A program made the translations under genes and the position numbers. Below the pieces are notes generated by a model. That model was not told the DNA's origin and made no database searches. It saw nothing but the letters and a program-made list of their open reading frames with translations. From the UHGV virus genome UHGV-0140522: a DNA stretch of 64,000 bases. One strand, written 5' to 3'. Source of the stretch: a virus. The number at the start of each line of letters is the position of its first letter. The stretch's first letter is position 1. This document shows positions 36,815 through 45,788 of the stretch, piece after piece.

Positions 36815-38510
36815 CGCGTTTGAAAACGTATACGCTTACAGTGATTCCGGTGTCTTCAAACTCGTCAGTAAACGACTTCCCTTTGGCATAAACGTAATTA
36901 TCCAGCGTCATCCAGTTCAGAGCTGGCGCATCACCCGGCAGTACTGCCACCAGTCGCCCGCCGACTTTAAGATGCTCCAGCGCGGTCAGCGTATGCTCTC
37001 TGTGACGGCCAAGAGAGTAGGGCGGGTTCATGACGATTTTGTCGAACTGATAGCCTGCGTTGTCCTCAGACCACTTCATGAAGTCGCAGCAGACCGTATT
37101 TGTGTACCCCTTGCCAATCAGGATATCAGCGAAGAGAGGTGCGACTTCTATGCAGGTAACGTCTTCCGGATTGGCGTCGATGCAGGCCAACAGATCTCCG
37201 CGCCCGGCTTCAGGCTCCAGCAGCTTCTCACCTGACTTCAGCTCGATGGCTCTGGCAACGTACTCCGCTATCAAACGCGGGGTAGGGTAGAACTGGTGTG
37301 ATTTTGTATCCGGTATTAAGCCAGTGGCCACAATCGTATTTAGCGTATGACCGATCTCATACGGGAACTGCCAGTGCTTTTTCTCCTGCACACCGCCAAT
37401 GAAGTTCAGTGTGCGCTCAAGCTCTTCCACCTGTGACTTCTGTAGGTTGGAATCAGAGAAGTACCAGACGCCTTTGTCTTTGCTGAATCGCCCGTCGCGC
37501 AGCGCGGTACGAACCGGCTCGGAGATCGTCTTCTGGATTAACCCGAACTCTTTTGGTGCCGGTGTTTTGGGTGCAGTACGGCATGGCGCCGGGATTGCTG
37601 CAGGCATACTGTAAGCCAGCACCTCATTCAGCTTCCAGGCCACGTCAGGATGTATTTCAAAGTGAACGTTGCCGTTCTTGAACATCTTCACGCGCATCAG
37701 GTTTCCGTCGACATTCATCCAGTCACCGGTCTGGCAGTCGTTTGCCCGGTACGCAGCTGATAGCATCTCAGTTGTGCGGTTGATGGTGATGAACTCTTTG
37801 TGCGCGAAGAAATGAAGCATGACGCGCAGATCGTCGATGTAGTCCTCTTTCCGGTAGTTCACGCTCACGCTGTCCCGCCAGAACTCGGAAATGAAGTTGG
37901 CGATGATCAGACGCTCGCTAAAGCCGTTCGTCTTATTGGTCTTGTGGGCAGGACTCAGCGCCTTAAACAAGCCATACACGCGCTCAGAGAGATATTTGTG
38001 CCTGTCATTCAGCAGATTGAGCATCGTGGGGATGACCGTTTCTGCTTTGAACTCCGGCACGCCAACGAACTCCTTAACCTTCATCTGGTAGCCGGTTCTG
38101 TCAGTCCTGATGGTTTCCTGTTTGCCTTCGATGAACTGCTCACGCCACTCGTCGCGGCGGGAAGCTGGCATGATCAGCAGAACGTTTGTCATATCCGTGA
38201 CCTTCTTCCAGTACTCGGCCCAGATATTCTGTTTCACCCATTCAAGGTCGACCTTGTCCAGCCAGGCTCTGTTAAAGCGTGTGCGCTCGTCATCCGGCCG
38301 GTGGTTGAGTCGCAGTAGGCGGTTAATCATGTTGTGGCGTTCGTCGCCATAAATGAAGTCGTGAACCTGATGCATGAATGCGATCTCTTTCTCGCACTCG
38401 GCCACAATTTCGTGGATGACGTTCATTTCCTGCCGGTAGTCGATATCAGTGTTTGGGGTGATAGCGTCAATGATAGAAAGAGCTGTATTCATGATTGCAC
38501 CATTAAACAA
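36807..38510 (-). CDS. orphan N6-adenine DNA methyltransferase fused to a ~400-aa N-terminal domain of unknown function
   Basis: C-terminal motifs QFYPTP, EPEAGRGDLL, NPPYS (NPPY catalytic motif IV); N-terminal 400 aa without recognisable motif; no adjacent restriction endonuclease. Confidence 0.6.
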   Translation of the reverse strand: MFNGAIMNTALSIIDAITPNTDIDYRQEMNVIHEIVAECEKEIAFMHQVHDFIYGDERHNMINRLLRLNHRPDDERTRFNRAWLDKVDLEWVKQNIWAEYWKKVTDMTNVLLIMPASRRDEWREQFIEGKQETIRTDRTGYQMKVKEFVGVPEFKAETVIPTMLNLLNDRHKYLSERVYGLFKALSPAHKTNKTNGFSERLIIANFISEFWRDSVSVNYRKEDYIDDLRVMLHFFAHKEFITINRTTEMLSAAYRANDCQTGDWMNVDGNLMRVKMFKNGNVHFEIHPDVAWKLNEVLAYSMPAAIPAPCRTAPKTPAPKEFGLIQKTISEPVRTALRDGRFSKDKGVWYFSDSNLQKSQVEELERTLNFIGGVQEKKHWQFPYEIGHTLNTIVATGLIPDTKSHQFYPTPRLIAEYVARAIELKSGEKLLEPEAGRGDLLACIDANPEDVTCIEVAPLFADILIGKGYTNTVCCDFMKWSEDNAGYQFDKIVMNPPYSLGRHREHTLTALEHLKVGGRLVAVLPGDAPALNWMTLDNYVYAKGKSFTDEFEDTGITVSVYVFKRVK

Positions 38511-38538
38511 ATTGTTTTCTTGTTGGTGTTATTTTCCC
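38503..38538 (-). promoter_or_regulatory. early promoter/operator motif copy upstream of methyltransferase
   Basis: TTAAACAAATTGTTTTCTTGTTGGTGTTATTTTCCC. Confidence 0.6.
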
Positions 38539-38633
38539 AAACTAGAAAAGGCGTAAAAGCAGCATTCACAGGCGTTGCAGCTGATTTAAGGCGTAAAAAT
38601 GGGGGCTTTCGCCCCCTGTCGGCAGGTGAGAAA

Positions 38634-39233
38634 TTAGTGGTGTACGTGCTGCGTTTTGTGCGGCTGTTTGTTCAGGTCGTGGCGATGCGTAAGCTCGCGC
38701 ATCATGTCTTCAAGACGACTCTTGGTGTCGTCAAGCTGGTCGGCCATTGCCCCCAGCAGCTGGCGAACGGCCATCGGATCGTCGCTGTTCAGCTCAGGCA
38801 TTTTGAACCCAGACTGTGAAGACATCAGTTTGAAAGCGGCCAGCAACATCGCCAGAGAAGACTTCAACCCGGCGATTTCACGATCTTTGCTGGCGTTGGT
38901 TTCATCTGCCTTGACTGAATCCGGTGAGCACTTCGGCTTGCTTACCATTTCCAGAGTTGCCTGAAGTTTGTCGGCGCGTTCTTTCTCTTCCAGATACGCT
39001 TCGCCGAAATGACGCGCCAGCATCACAATTTCAATAGGATCATCAATCATGCTAGAGAACTTGAGAGCGCTGAAAAGGCGGTCGATAGGGGAGGCGTAGT
39101 CTTCGTGACCAACCACAAGACCCATGATCTCAACCAGTTCGGCCGCACCAACTTTTTTAATCACGCTTTCAACTTTGGCATTAGTTTTTTTGCATTTTTC
39201 GCACATGTGTTTTTTCCTTATGTTTTTAAACAA
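38634..39233 (-). CDS. hypothetical protein (199 aa) with N-terminal CxxC
   Basis: MCEKCKK near the N-terminus; His-rich C-terminus. Confidence 0.45.
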   Translation of the reverse strand: MFKNIRKKHMCEKCKKTNAKVESVIKKVGAAELVEIMGLVVGHEDYASPIDRLFSALKFSSMIDDPIEIVMLARHFGEAYLEEKERADKLQATLEMVSKPKCSPDSVKADETNASKDREIAGLKSSLAMLLAAFKLMSSQSGFKMPELNSDDPMAVRQLLGAMADQLDDTKSRLEDMMRELTHRHDLNKQPHKTQHVHH

Positions 39234-39262
39234 GTTGTTTTCTAGATGGCGTTATTATGGCG
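39226..39262 (-). promoter_or_regulatory. early promoter/operator motif copy
   Basis: TTAAACAAGTTGTTTTCTAGATGGCGTTATTATGGCG. Confidence 0.55.
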
Positions 39263-39323
39263 TGACTGAAAAGGTGGGCAAACGCTACGTAAAGGCGGAC
39301 GCCCACGCTGAAGGTCTTCATTG

Positions 39324-39512
39324 TTAAAAAAATCCGAGAATGCTACCCACCGGAACAACGAAAATTCCCACGACACGCGCAAGTGTCATTCCGGCATCAA
39401 ACTGAAGATCGCCACCGTTCACGAGTTTCACCAGATTCATGATCCAGCCATCAAGCAGAAAAATGGCGAAGCCAACAATCATCTCGATGACTTTCTGGAA
39501 GCTCCATTTCAT
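39324..39512 (-). CDS. small two-helix membrane protein (62 aa; holin-like topology)
   Basis: Two hydrophobic helices (VIEMIVGFAIFLLDGWIM; ARVVGIFVVPVGSILGFF). Confidence 0.4.
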   Translation of the reverse strand: MKWSFQKVIEMIVGFAIFLLDGWIMNLVKLVNGGDLQFDAGMTLARVVGIFVVPVGSILGFF

Positions 39513-39521
39513 GCAATAGCC

Positions 39522-40016
39522 TCAGTCACAGCAGAAGGAAGATCCGGAGTTGCAGGTCGAGCTGGAATCGTGTCCAGCAGCATCCCATCCAGAGAGACAG
39601 GGGGTCGTTCTGGCAGTGGTGTCGTCTGCAGGGTTGTAGTGGAAGTAGTTGTGTCCGGTATCAACAGACTCTGACCGGCTGGTACGGCTACCGCTGCCAG
39701 GGTTGCTAAAATTACTCCGTAGGCCATTGGCTTCAGTCGATTTCGTTGAAAATTTTCCATGAGAACTGTCCTTGTGTGCCTGGGATTCACGCAACACACG
39801 AGAGGCGACGGAATCACGCACCTTCTCCATGCCTACTGTCGCGCCCAGATTTGCTATGGCGGTAGCTTGCGCATCAATGCGCTTCTCCAGCTCAAACACT
39901 CGTTCTTCCAGTTCCGCAAGGCGTGCAGAAACACAACCGCTAAACAGCTCGGCCAGAACCAGGCGAATTGAACGGGGACGTTTATTGAAAGAAGTGAAAG
40001 GCGTTTGACGTGCCAT
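39522..40016 (-). CDS. hypothetical protein (164 aa) with N-terminal coiled coil; second overlapping frame 39509..39817 encodes a signal-peptide/Pro-Thr-rich product
   Basis: LAELEERVFELEKRIDAQATAIANL heptads; the overlapped frame reads MAYGVILATLAAVAVPAG...TTTSTTTLQTTPLPERPP. Confidence 0.35.
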   Translation of the reverse strand: MARQTPFTSFNKRPRSIRLVLAELFSGCVSARLAELEERVFELEKRIDAQATAIANLGATVGMEKVRDSVASRVLRESQAHKDSSHGKFSTKSTEANGLRSNFSNPGSGSRTSRSESVDTGHNYFHYNPADDTTARTTPCLSGWDAAGHDSSSTCNSGSSFCCD

Positions 40017-40140
40017 TTGGATTCCATTCAGTGTCAGAAAGAGTTGCGGCTGGCCAAGCCAGCCGCCTTTTGGCGTTCCATCCTAGAACAGTACCTAACC
40101 GGTACTTCGTCATCCTGACGAACGGTAAGATACCTGATTT

Positions 40141-40172
40141 AAAATGATAGGTAAATACTTACCTATCATTTT
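40141..40172. promoter_or_regulatory. 32-bp near-perfect palindrome of the GGTAAGTACTTACC family at the left edge of the cargo island
   Basis: AAAATGATAGGTAAATACTTACCTATCATTTT. Confidence 0.5.
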
Positions 40173-40410
40173 GTGACAAAAATCCAATGTCACGCTTGTG
40201 AGGCATATCGGCTGCGGAGTAGGCGGCGATCAGAGCAGGCCGTTCAATAGATCTGCTTTGAGAGAGGATTGGACCAAGCCCTAGATAACGAGAGAGCACG
40301 GTGCTAATACCCAAGACGACAACAGACGAGTTCATGGCAACATTTTGGAAGGTATCTTCGTATCATGATGTGGTTAAATAGACACAATTTAACCCAATGG
40401 AATTTTAGCC

Positions 40411-41013
40411 ATGCTAACCTTCTGGCACGAATATTCAGATCTCATCTCCGCATTTTTAGCGGCTCTTTTAGGTGGCTGTTTCACGATGAAAGGAGTGACA
40501 GCTCAGGTGAAACAGCAGGCAAAACAGCAGGCAACAGCGGCCAGAGAGAAGCGTATAACAACGCTATTGGGTGTCAGAGAGGAAATAGACTCACTGATTA
40601 AGTTGTATAAGGCCAGAATTGAAGAGGAAATCAAACAATACGACCGGAACTCACCGTTCGATAACATTTTCCCCATTACTCAAAACTACTTCACTTTCTA
40701 TGAAGCTAACTCGGCATCTCTACCTGAAGTTCATAGAGAAACACTATCAAAAATTGTGGCTTTTTATACAAGCGCAAGAAGCCTAATTGATTCCTATCGC
40801 GGTAATAATGCCCTTATCGAAAGGCTGGACTCCACGCAGGTTGCCAGTGACATTACTGGCAACAAAGAGCATCTTGCACACCTGAAAAGATACACAATCC
40901 TAGCCACAGAGTACGGCCGCGGATTAATGATGATTCATGAAGAGGTCATGCTGCGCTATAAACAGGTTATAGAAGCCATCGATGGTGAAATCTCGCAGCT
41001 ACAATGCAGTTAG
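40411..41013 (+). CDS. membrane-anchored hypothetical protein (200 aa)
   Basis: N-terminal transmembrane helix LISAFLAALLGGCF followed by a helical cytoplasmic domain; own promoter region; opposite strand to the phage genes. Confidence 0.5.
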   Translation: MLTFWHEYSDLISAFLAALLGGCFTMKGVTAQVKQQAKQQATAAREKRITTLLGVREEIDSLIKLYKARIEEEIKQYDRNSPFDNIFPITQNYFTFYEANSASLPEVHRETLSKIVAFYTSARSLIDSYRGNNALIERLDSTQVASDITGNKEHLAHLKRYTILATEYGRGLMMIHEEVMLRYKQVIEAIDGEISQLQCS

Positions 41014-41147
41014 TACTACAGCCTGTCCGCTTATGGCGCGTAGCGGACTAGCTCATTGGGCAGAAGGTCCGCTCTGAGCGAGGAGCGGACATTCGCCCCT
41101 CTGTCGTATGTCCTTAAAGAGCGCACACCAGATATAAAAGAATTGCG

Positions 41148-42350
41148 TTAGTGTACCTTCCTATTTTGACGGGATGTTGCATATGTCATCACTACCGCCC
41201 CCAGTAGTAACAAACCACTTAAACCAAATGCACTTCTCCATCCCAGACTGTCGAATGCCAGACCTCCAGCCGTTGAACCAAGCGCAATCGATAGCTGGAT
41301 CACCGCAACCATGAGGCCACCACCCCTCTCTGCATCTTCGGGTAACGCTCGTGCTATCCATGTCCACCATCCTGTTGGCGCAGCCGTCGCAAGTAGCCCC
41401 CACAGGCTTAATAATACGGCAACGGCCCAGATGTGGTGTCCGACCAGCAGTAACGCACCAGTAATCGCGGCCATAAGCAACGGGATCATGATTAAGGTCT
41501 TGTAAAATTTGGCGTTCAGGAATGTTGAGACGATCATTGTGCCGACAAAACCTGCTATGCCTATTGCAAGCAAAATCAGAGAAAGGTTAGAAGGTCCCAC
41601 TCTGGTGACGCTCTCCAGAAAGGGGCGCACGTAGGTAAACAAAGCAAACTGTCCCATAAAGAAGAGCCCGCAGGCAAGCATTCCCGTTGGTACGATGGCA
41701 ACGCTGAACAGACGAAGCACAGACCCCTGTGGTTTTTGTGTTTTATCGCTTTCCATCGAAGGCAGGCTGAACCATTGCCAGATGAACGCAGCTATCGCAA
41801 GAGGGACGAGACATAAAAAGGCCCCACGCCAACCGACCGTTGTCCCCAGATAACTACCAAGCGGCGCAGCCACAACGGTGGCCAGCGCGTTACCGCCGTT
41901 AAAAATTGCCAGTGCGCGGGGAACCTGGTGCTGTGGCACGAGCCGAATGGCGGTTGCAGCCGACATTGACCAGAACCCTCCGATGACGACGCCAATCAGA
42001 GCCCTCCCCAGCATATAAATCGGATAGTCAGGCGCCATGGTGATAACTAACCCTGATATGGCCATTAAGACCGTTAGCCCAAGCAGAAGATATTTACGAT
42101 TCAGGTCTCCGGCAATATGGGAGATAGTCAGACTGGTCAGCACTGCCAGTGCGCCAGAGACGGCAATTCCTTGCCCTGCCAACCCTTCGGTAACGTGCAA
42201 ATCGCGGGCAATGAGCGTAAGCAGGCTGACTGGCATAAACTCAGAAGCGATCAGCACAAACACGCAAAGCGTCATGGCAAATACGCCGCTCCAGTATGCA
42301 TGCTTTTTTTCGTATGATGGTTTTAGACTTACAGTGGACATTATTAGCAT
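41148..42350 (-). CDS. MFS efflux transporter, NepI (purine ribonucleoside efflux) family-like
   Basis: 12-transmembrane DHA1 MFS; N-terminal region closely resembles E. coli NepI as I recall it ([38 protein letters not shown]). Confidence 0.8.
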   Translation of the reverse strand: MLIMSTVSLKPSYEKKHAYWSGVFAMTLCVFVLIASEFMPVSLLTLIARDLHVTEGLAGQGIAVSGALAVLTSLTISHIAGDLNRKYLLLGLTVLMAISGLVITMAPDYPIYMLGRALIGVVIGGFWSMSAATAIRLVPQHQVPRALAIFNGGNALATVVAAPLGSYLGTTVGWRGAFLCLVPLAIAAFIWQWFSLPSMESDKTQKPQGSVLRLFSVAIVPTGMLACGLFFMGQFALFTYVRPFLESVTRVGPSNLSLILLAIGIAGFVGTMIVSTFLNAKFYKTLIMIPLLMAAITGALLLVGHHIWAVAVLLSLWGLLATAAPTGWWTWIARALPEDAERGGGLMVAVIQLSIALGSTAGGLAFDSLGWRSAFGLSGLLLLGAVVMTYATSRQNRKVH

Positions 42351-42518
42351 CCCTTAATATCGAACCAGCCAGATTCAGGCGCAGTCGGGTCAGAAGTTAT
42401 TCAGGGAATAACGACATAATAGGTGGGTGAGAATATGGGGCGATGTGACATATTCGGCGTCACACCAGGCAGGTAAAAGCCACCCGTTTATGACAGGTGG
42501 CCTGGTAAACTTTTCGGG

Positions 42519-43667
42519 TTACCTTAAGTTTGCTTTGAAAAATTGCTCAAATTTGGCAAATGGGATCTTACCCGCAACGTTGTCGTACAGATCAACATGG
42601 TTTGCCCCAGGGACAATCACTAACTCTTTCTCTTTGCTGCCGATTGCCTTAAAGGCATCTTCAGCAAAATAGCGTGAATGGGCTTTTTCGCCGGTCACGA
42701 TGAGTGTAGGGATAGTAACTTCATTGGCGTAACTCAGCAGCGGCATATTCATAAATGACAGCGGCATGGTTGCGTTCCAGGCACCGGTTGAGTTGACCGA
42801 ACGCTCATGGAAACCACGCGGCATGCGGTAATAATCAAAGAACTCTTTCAATACTGGGTTAGGATTCGCGGGCAGAGTTTCCGGCAGAATACGATCGGAA
42901 GCGGTGACGTTGCCCTTCTCATCAACATAAATGTCATGCCCGCCTGGCGCGAAAGCGCCATTTTCCGCATCCTTCCAGCGCTGCGTGTTCAGATACTGCA
43001 ATACGGCACGACGATCGGCAGTGGTATAGCGGTCTTTGCCATCGCCCACGCCATGCCCCATCGCACGGCTCATGTCATACATCACGCTGGTCGCCACCGC
43101 CTTGACACGCGTGTCCATCGCGGCGTCGTTTAAGGCCATGCCGCCCCATCCGCAGATACCGAGCAGCCCGATACGGTTGCGATCCACCTCTTTTTGCAGG
43201 CCTAAGAAATCAACCGCCGCGCTGAAATCCTCGGTGTTGATATCCGGAGATGCGACGTTGCGCGGGTAGCCGCCGCTTTCGCCCGTGTATGAAGGGTCGA
43301 AAGCCAGAGTGACAAATCCCTGTTCAGCCAGCGTCTGCGCATACAGGCCGCTGGATTGCTCTTTCACCGCCCCGAAGGGGCCGCTAACAGCAATAGCTGC
43401 CAGCTTGCGATCACCACGATCCTTCGGGATGTAGAGATCCCCGACTAAGGTGATCCCGTATCGGTTCGGAAAGGTCACCTTACGGTGATCAACTTTCGTG
43501 CTCTCAGCAAAAGTTTTATCCCATTTTTCGACCAGCGAAACGGGCGCGTTCGGATTGGCTGTATCAGCGTAACTCATATTTGTGACTCCACTTAATGATG
43601 CGCATAACAACAGGGCGGGTATCGCAGTTGTCAATTTTTGGGTGAAAGCAGTCATCAAAATCCCCTT
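42519..43667 (-). CDS. secreted alpha/beta hydrolase (dienelactone hydrolase/YcjY-like)
   Basis: Signal peptide MKGILMTAFTQKLTTAIPALLLCASLSGV; nucleophile elbow GICGWGG; track ORF 42519..43733 has an upstream extension. Confidence 0.65.
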   Translation of the reverse strand, partial: KGILMTAFTQKLTTAIPALLLCASLSGVTNMSYADTANPNAPVSLVEKWDKTFAESTKVDHRKVTFPNRYGITLVGDLYIPKDRGDRKLAAIAVSGPFGAVKEQSSGLYAQTLAEQGFVTLAFDPSYTGESGGYPRNVASPDINTEDFSAAVDFLGLQKEVDRNRIGLLGICGWGGMALNDAAMDTRVKAVATSVMYDMSRAMGHGVGDGKDRYTTADRRAVLQYLNTQRWKDAENGAFAPGGHDIYVDEKGNVTASDRILPETLPANPNPVLKEFFDYYRMPRGFHERSVNSTGAWNATMPLSFMNMPLLSYANEVTIPTLIVTGEKAHSRYFAEDAFKAIGSKEKELVIVPGANHVDLYDNVAGKIPFAKFEQFFKANLR

Positions 43668-43825
43668 CATAAAACGTGCCAGAAACAGGTTTCCTACGGA
43701 CAACGCTGCTGTGCTTTGTTGCAATGCGCACATTATAGTTAGCAGAAATAGTACTGATTAGAGGGTGAAAAATGCTAAGATTGATAACATATTGTTCTGA
43801 ATTGTGATGCGGCAGCAGGGGAAGG

Positions 43826-44713
43826 ATGATGGCGAAACGGGAAAACTATAACGATCTCTATCTGTTTATGCAGGTCGTGCGAGAAGGGAGTTTTACTGCC
43901 GCCGCGCAGAGGCTTGGCCTGGCGCAGTCAGGAATTAGTCGTGCAGTGCGCGAGCTGGAAGAACGACTGGGCGTGCAGCTTCTGGTGCGTACCACGCGCA
44001 AGTTATCGCTCACCCATGCCGGCGAGTTGCTCTATCGAACCGTCGAATCTGGATTTGACGCTTTAGATATGGGGCTTGCCACGCTGGCCCATTATCGCCA
44101 TACCCCATCGGGTACGGTCCGTATTAATGCCAGTCAGCACGCCATTGATAAAGTGCTGCTGCCGAAGCTGGCGGTGTTTAAACAACGCTACCCAGATATT
44201 CGGCTGGAGCTCATCAGCGAAAGCCGGTTTGTCGATATTATTGCTGAGCGCTTCGATGCCGGTATACGTCTGGGCTCGGAAGTAGGTAGCGGTATGGTCG
44301 CTGTGCGCATTTCGCCCGATATGGAGATGGCCATTGTCGGCACGCCCGAGCACTTTCGTCGCTACGGATTTCCGCAAACTCCCTCCGATTTAGTTATTCA
44401 TCCCTGCATCGCTTACCAGTTTGGAGACGGCAGCCTGTATGCATGGGAACTCAATCAAGACGGTAAAAAGATAACCCATCAACCTCAGGGACAATGGGCC
44501 TTTGCTGACAGCTATATGGAAGCCAAAGCCGCCCGGCTAGGCCTGGGACTGGCTTATGTTCCGGAGGAATTAGTTTCTGATGATATAGAACAGGGGGCGC
44601 TGATCAGAGTTTTGCAATGCTACAGTCAGCGCCTGGAAGGTTCATATCTCTATTATCCGCACCGCAATGTGTCACCCGCTCTAAGAGCGGTTATCGATAC
44701 ATTGAGAATTTAA
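43826..44713 (+). CDS. LysR-family transcriptional regulator
   Basis: N-terminal HTH LYLFMQVVREGSFTAAAQRLGLAQSGISRAVRELEERLG, LysR substrate-binding fold length; divergent from the hydrolase. Confidence 0.85.
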   Translation: MMAKRENYNDLYLFMQVVREGSFTAAAQRLGLAQSGISRAVRELEERLGVQLLVRTTRKLSLTHAGELLYRTVESGFDALDMGLATLAHYRHTPSGTVRINASQHAIDKVLLPKLAVFKQRYPDIRLELISESRFVDIIAERFDAGIRLGSEVGSGMVAVRISPDMEMAIVGTPEHFRRYGFPQTPSDLVIHPCIAYQFGDGSLYAWELNQDGKKITHQPQGQWAFADSYMEAKAARLGLGLAYVPEELVSDDIEQGALIRVLQCYSQRLEGSYLYYPHRNVSPALRAVIDTLRI

Positions 44714-45335
44714 GGGATAAAGATGAGGTGGTTCGCAGGCCTGGGTAATAGTTGGAAAACAACGTCCGCTCCTGGCACATTGAAGACATTACGATGGGCG
44801 ATTTTTCCCCTCACGCGTGTGCGTAAATATTAAAATTTTTTCTAGAAAAGAAAAACTTACTTCCCAGAACAGGTTTTAATAAAACCTGAACTGAACGAAC
44901 GAAGTGAGTGAAGTTCACCTCGAACGAAGTGAGAGGTTGTCTTTTCAGGTAATACTCTCCCAGGGAGGTGAGTACAAAATTCCCTCACCAACCTGGTCGT
45001 TACATAACCTGAAAAGTTATGACCTAAGTCTACTGCCAGCTTAGGCTTGGGAAGTTATGGATGACAGCACCCCAGAACCGAGATCTTCCCACACTTTATG
45101 AAGGGGAGTACTGGATTCAACCTCTCGAAACACTCCAGACTCGACAATCATAAAGTGACCTTTCTCTCTGCCCACTTTGGTTCCCCCTTCCCCAACCCCT
45201 AAACGGTGCTGGTTCTACGCTGGTAGTGAGCTTTTTTAAACCTGACGCCAGTGACGCTATCCCCCACCCATCAGGTCGAGCTGCCGGAATCAATCCGGAA
45301 AGCGGGTAGATTTTATCACTGGCGATCTGCGTTTT

Positions 45336-45360
45336 AAATGGTAAGTACTTACCGATTATT
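45336..45360. promoter_or_regulatory. AT-rich palindrome family member at right edge of cargo island
   Basis: aaatGGTAAGTACTTACCgattatt. Confidence 0.45.
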
Positions 45361-45586
45361 TCGATTGATTATTTTCTCGACCATGAAGCTGGACGTTCAG
45401 GGCAAACACCTCATTGATGAGTTCCCCTAACAGCTGCTCGACCAGCTCTTTGTGCTCACCTGAGTGAAGGCACTTGAGCGACCATTCGTAGAGACTGAAA
45501 GCCTTATCGCGATCTTTCATCATGTCGCGTACTTTGGTCAGAAAATCGCTCTCAACGAGCGCTACGACGTTCGTCGGGTATACCAT
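45356..45586 (-). CDS. hypothetical small protein (76 aa)
   Basis: Lies about 116 nt downstream of the second copy of the large palindrome block, the same spacing as terS from the first copy. Confidence 0.4.
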   Translation of the reverse strand: MVYPTNVVALVESDFLTKVRDMMKDRDKAFSLYEWSLKCLHSGEHKELVEQLLGELINEVFALNVQLHGRENNQSK

Positions 45587-45654
45587 GATAGTTTTCCTTA
45601 CTGTGGTTCATAAAATCGATTCTAGAGCGTCTGGAGAGGGGTTCCAGTGGGTTC

Positions 45655-45785
45655 TGGAGGTGTAAAACGGTCTGGGAGTTGTTTGGAAATCACGTCTTAA
45701 AAAGCCTGCGTCTGTATATATTAATAATTAGTACTTAGTTATTTATATATACGGAAGCAGGTTCTCAAACTAACTCCCAGACTGG
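45655..45785. repeat. large palindrome block, copy 2 (degenerate)
   Basis: Arms AAGCCTGCGTCTGTATATAT and ATATATACGGAAGCAGGTTC around a 23-nt spacer containing AGTACTTAG, then TCAAACTAACTCCCAGAC; flanks also similar to copy 1. Confidence 0.6.
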
Positions 45786-45788
45786 TGT

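Noticed and set aside
37800-38318. 172-aa plus-strand ORF
   Set aside because: It is antisense to the methyltransferase gene.
41040-41130. Two tandem hairpins with the same stem GTCCGCT/AGCGGAC between the 200-aa gene and the MFS gene
   Set aside because: They are probably a bidirectional terminator or REP-like element of the host-derived segment; they are not listed as features and are of low interest.
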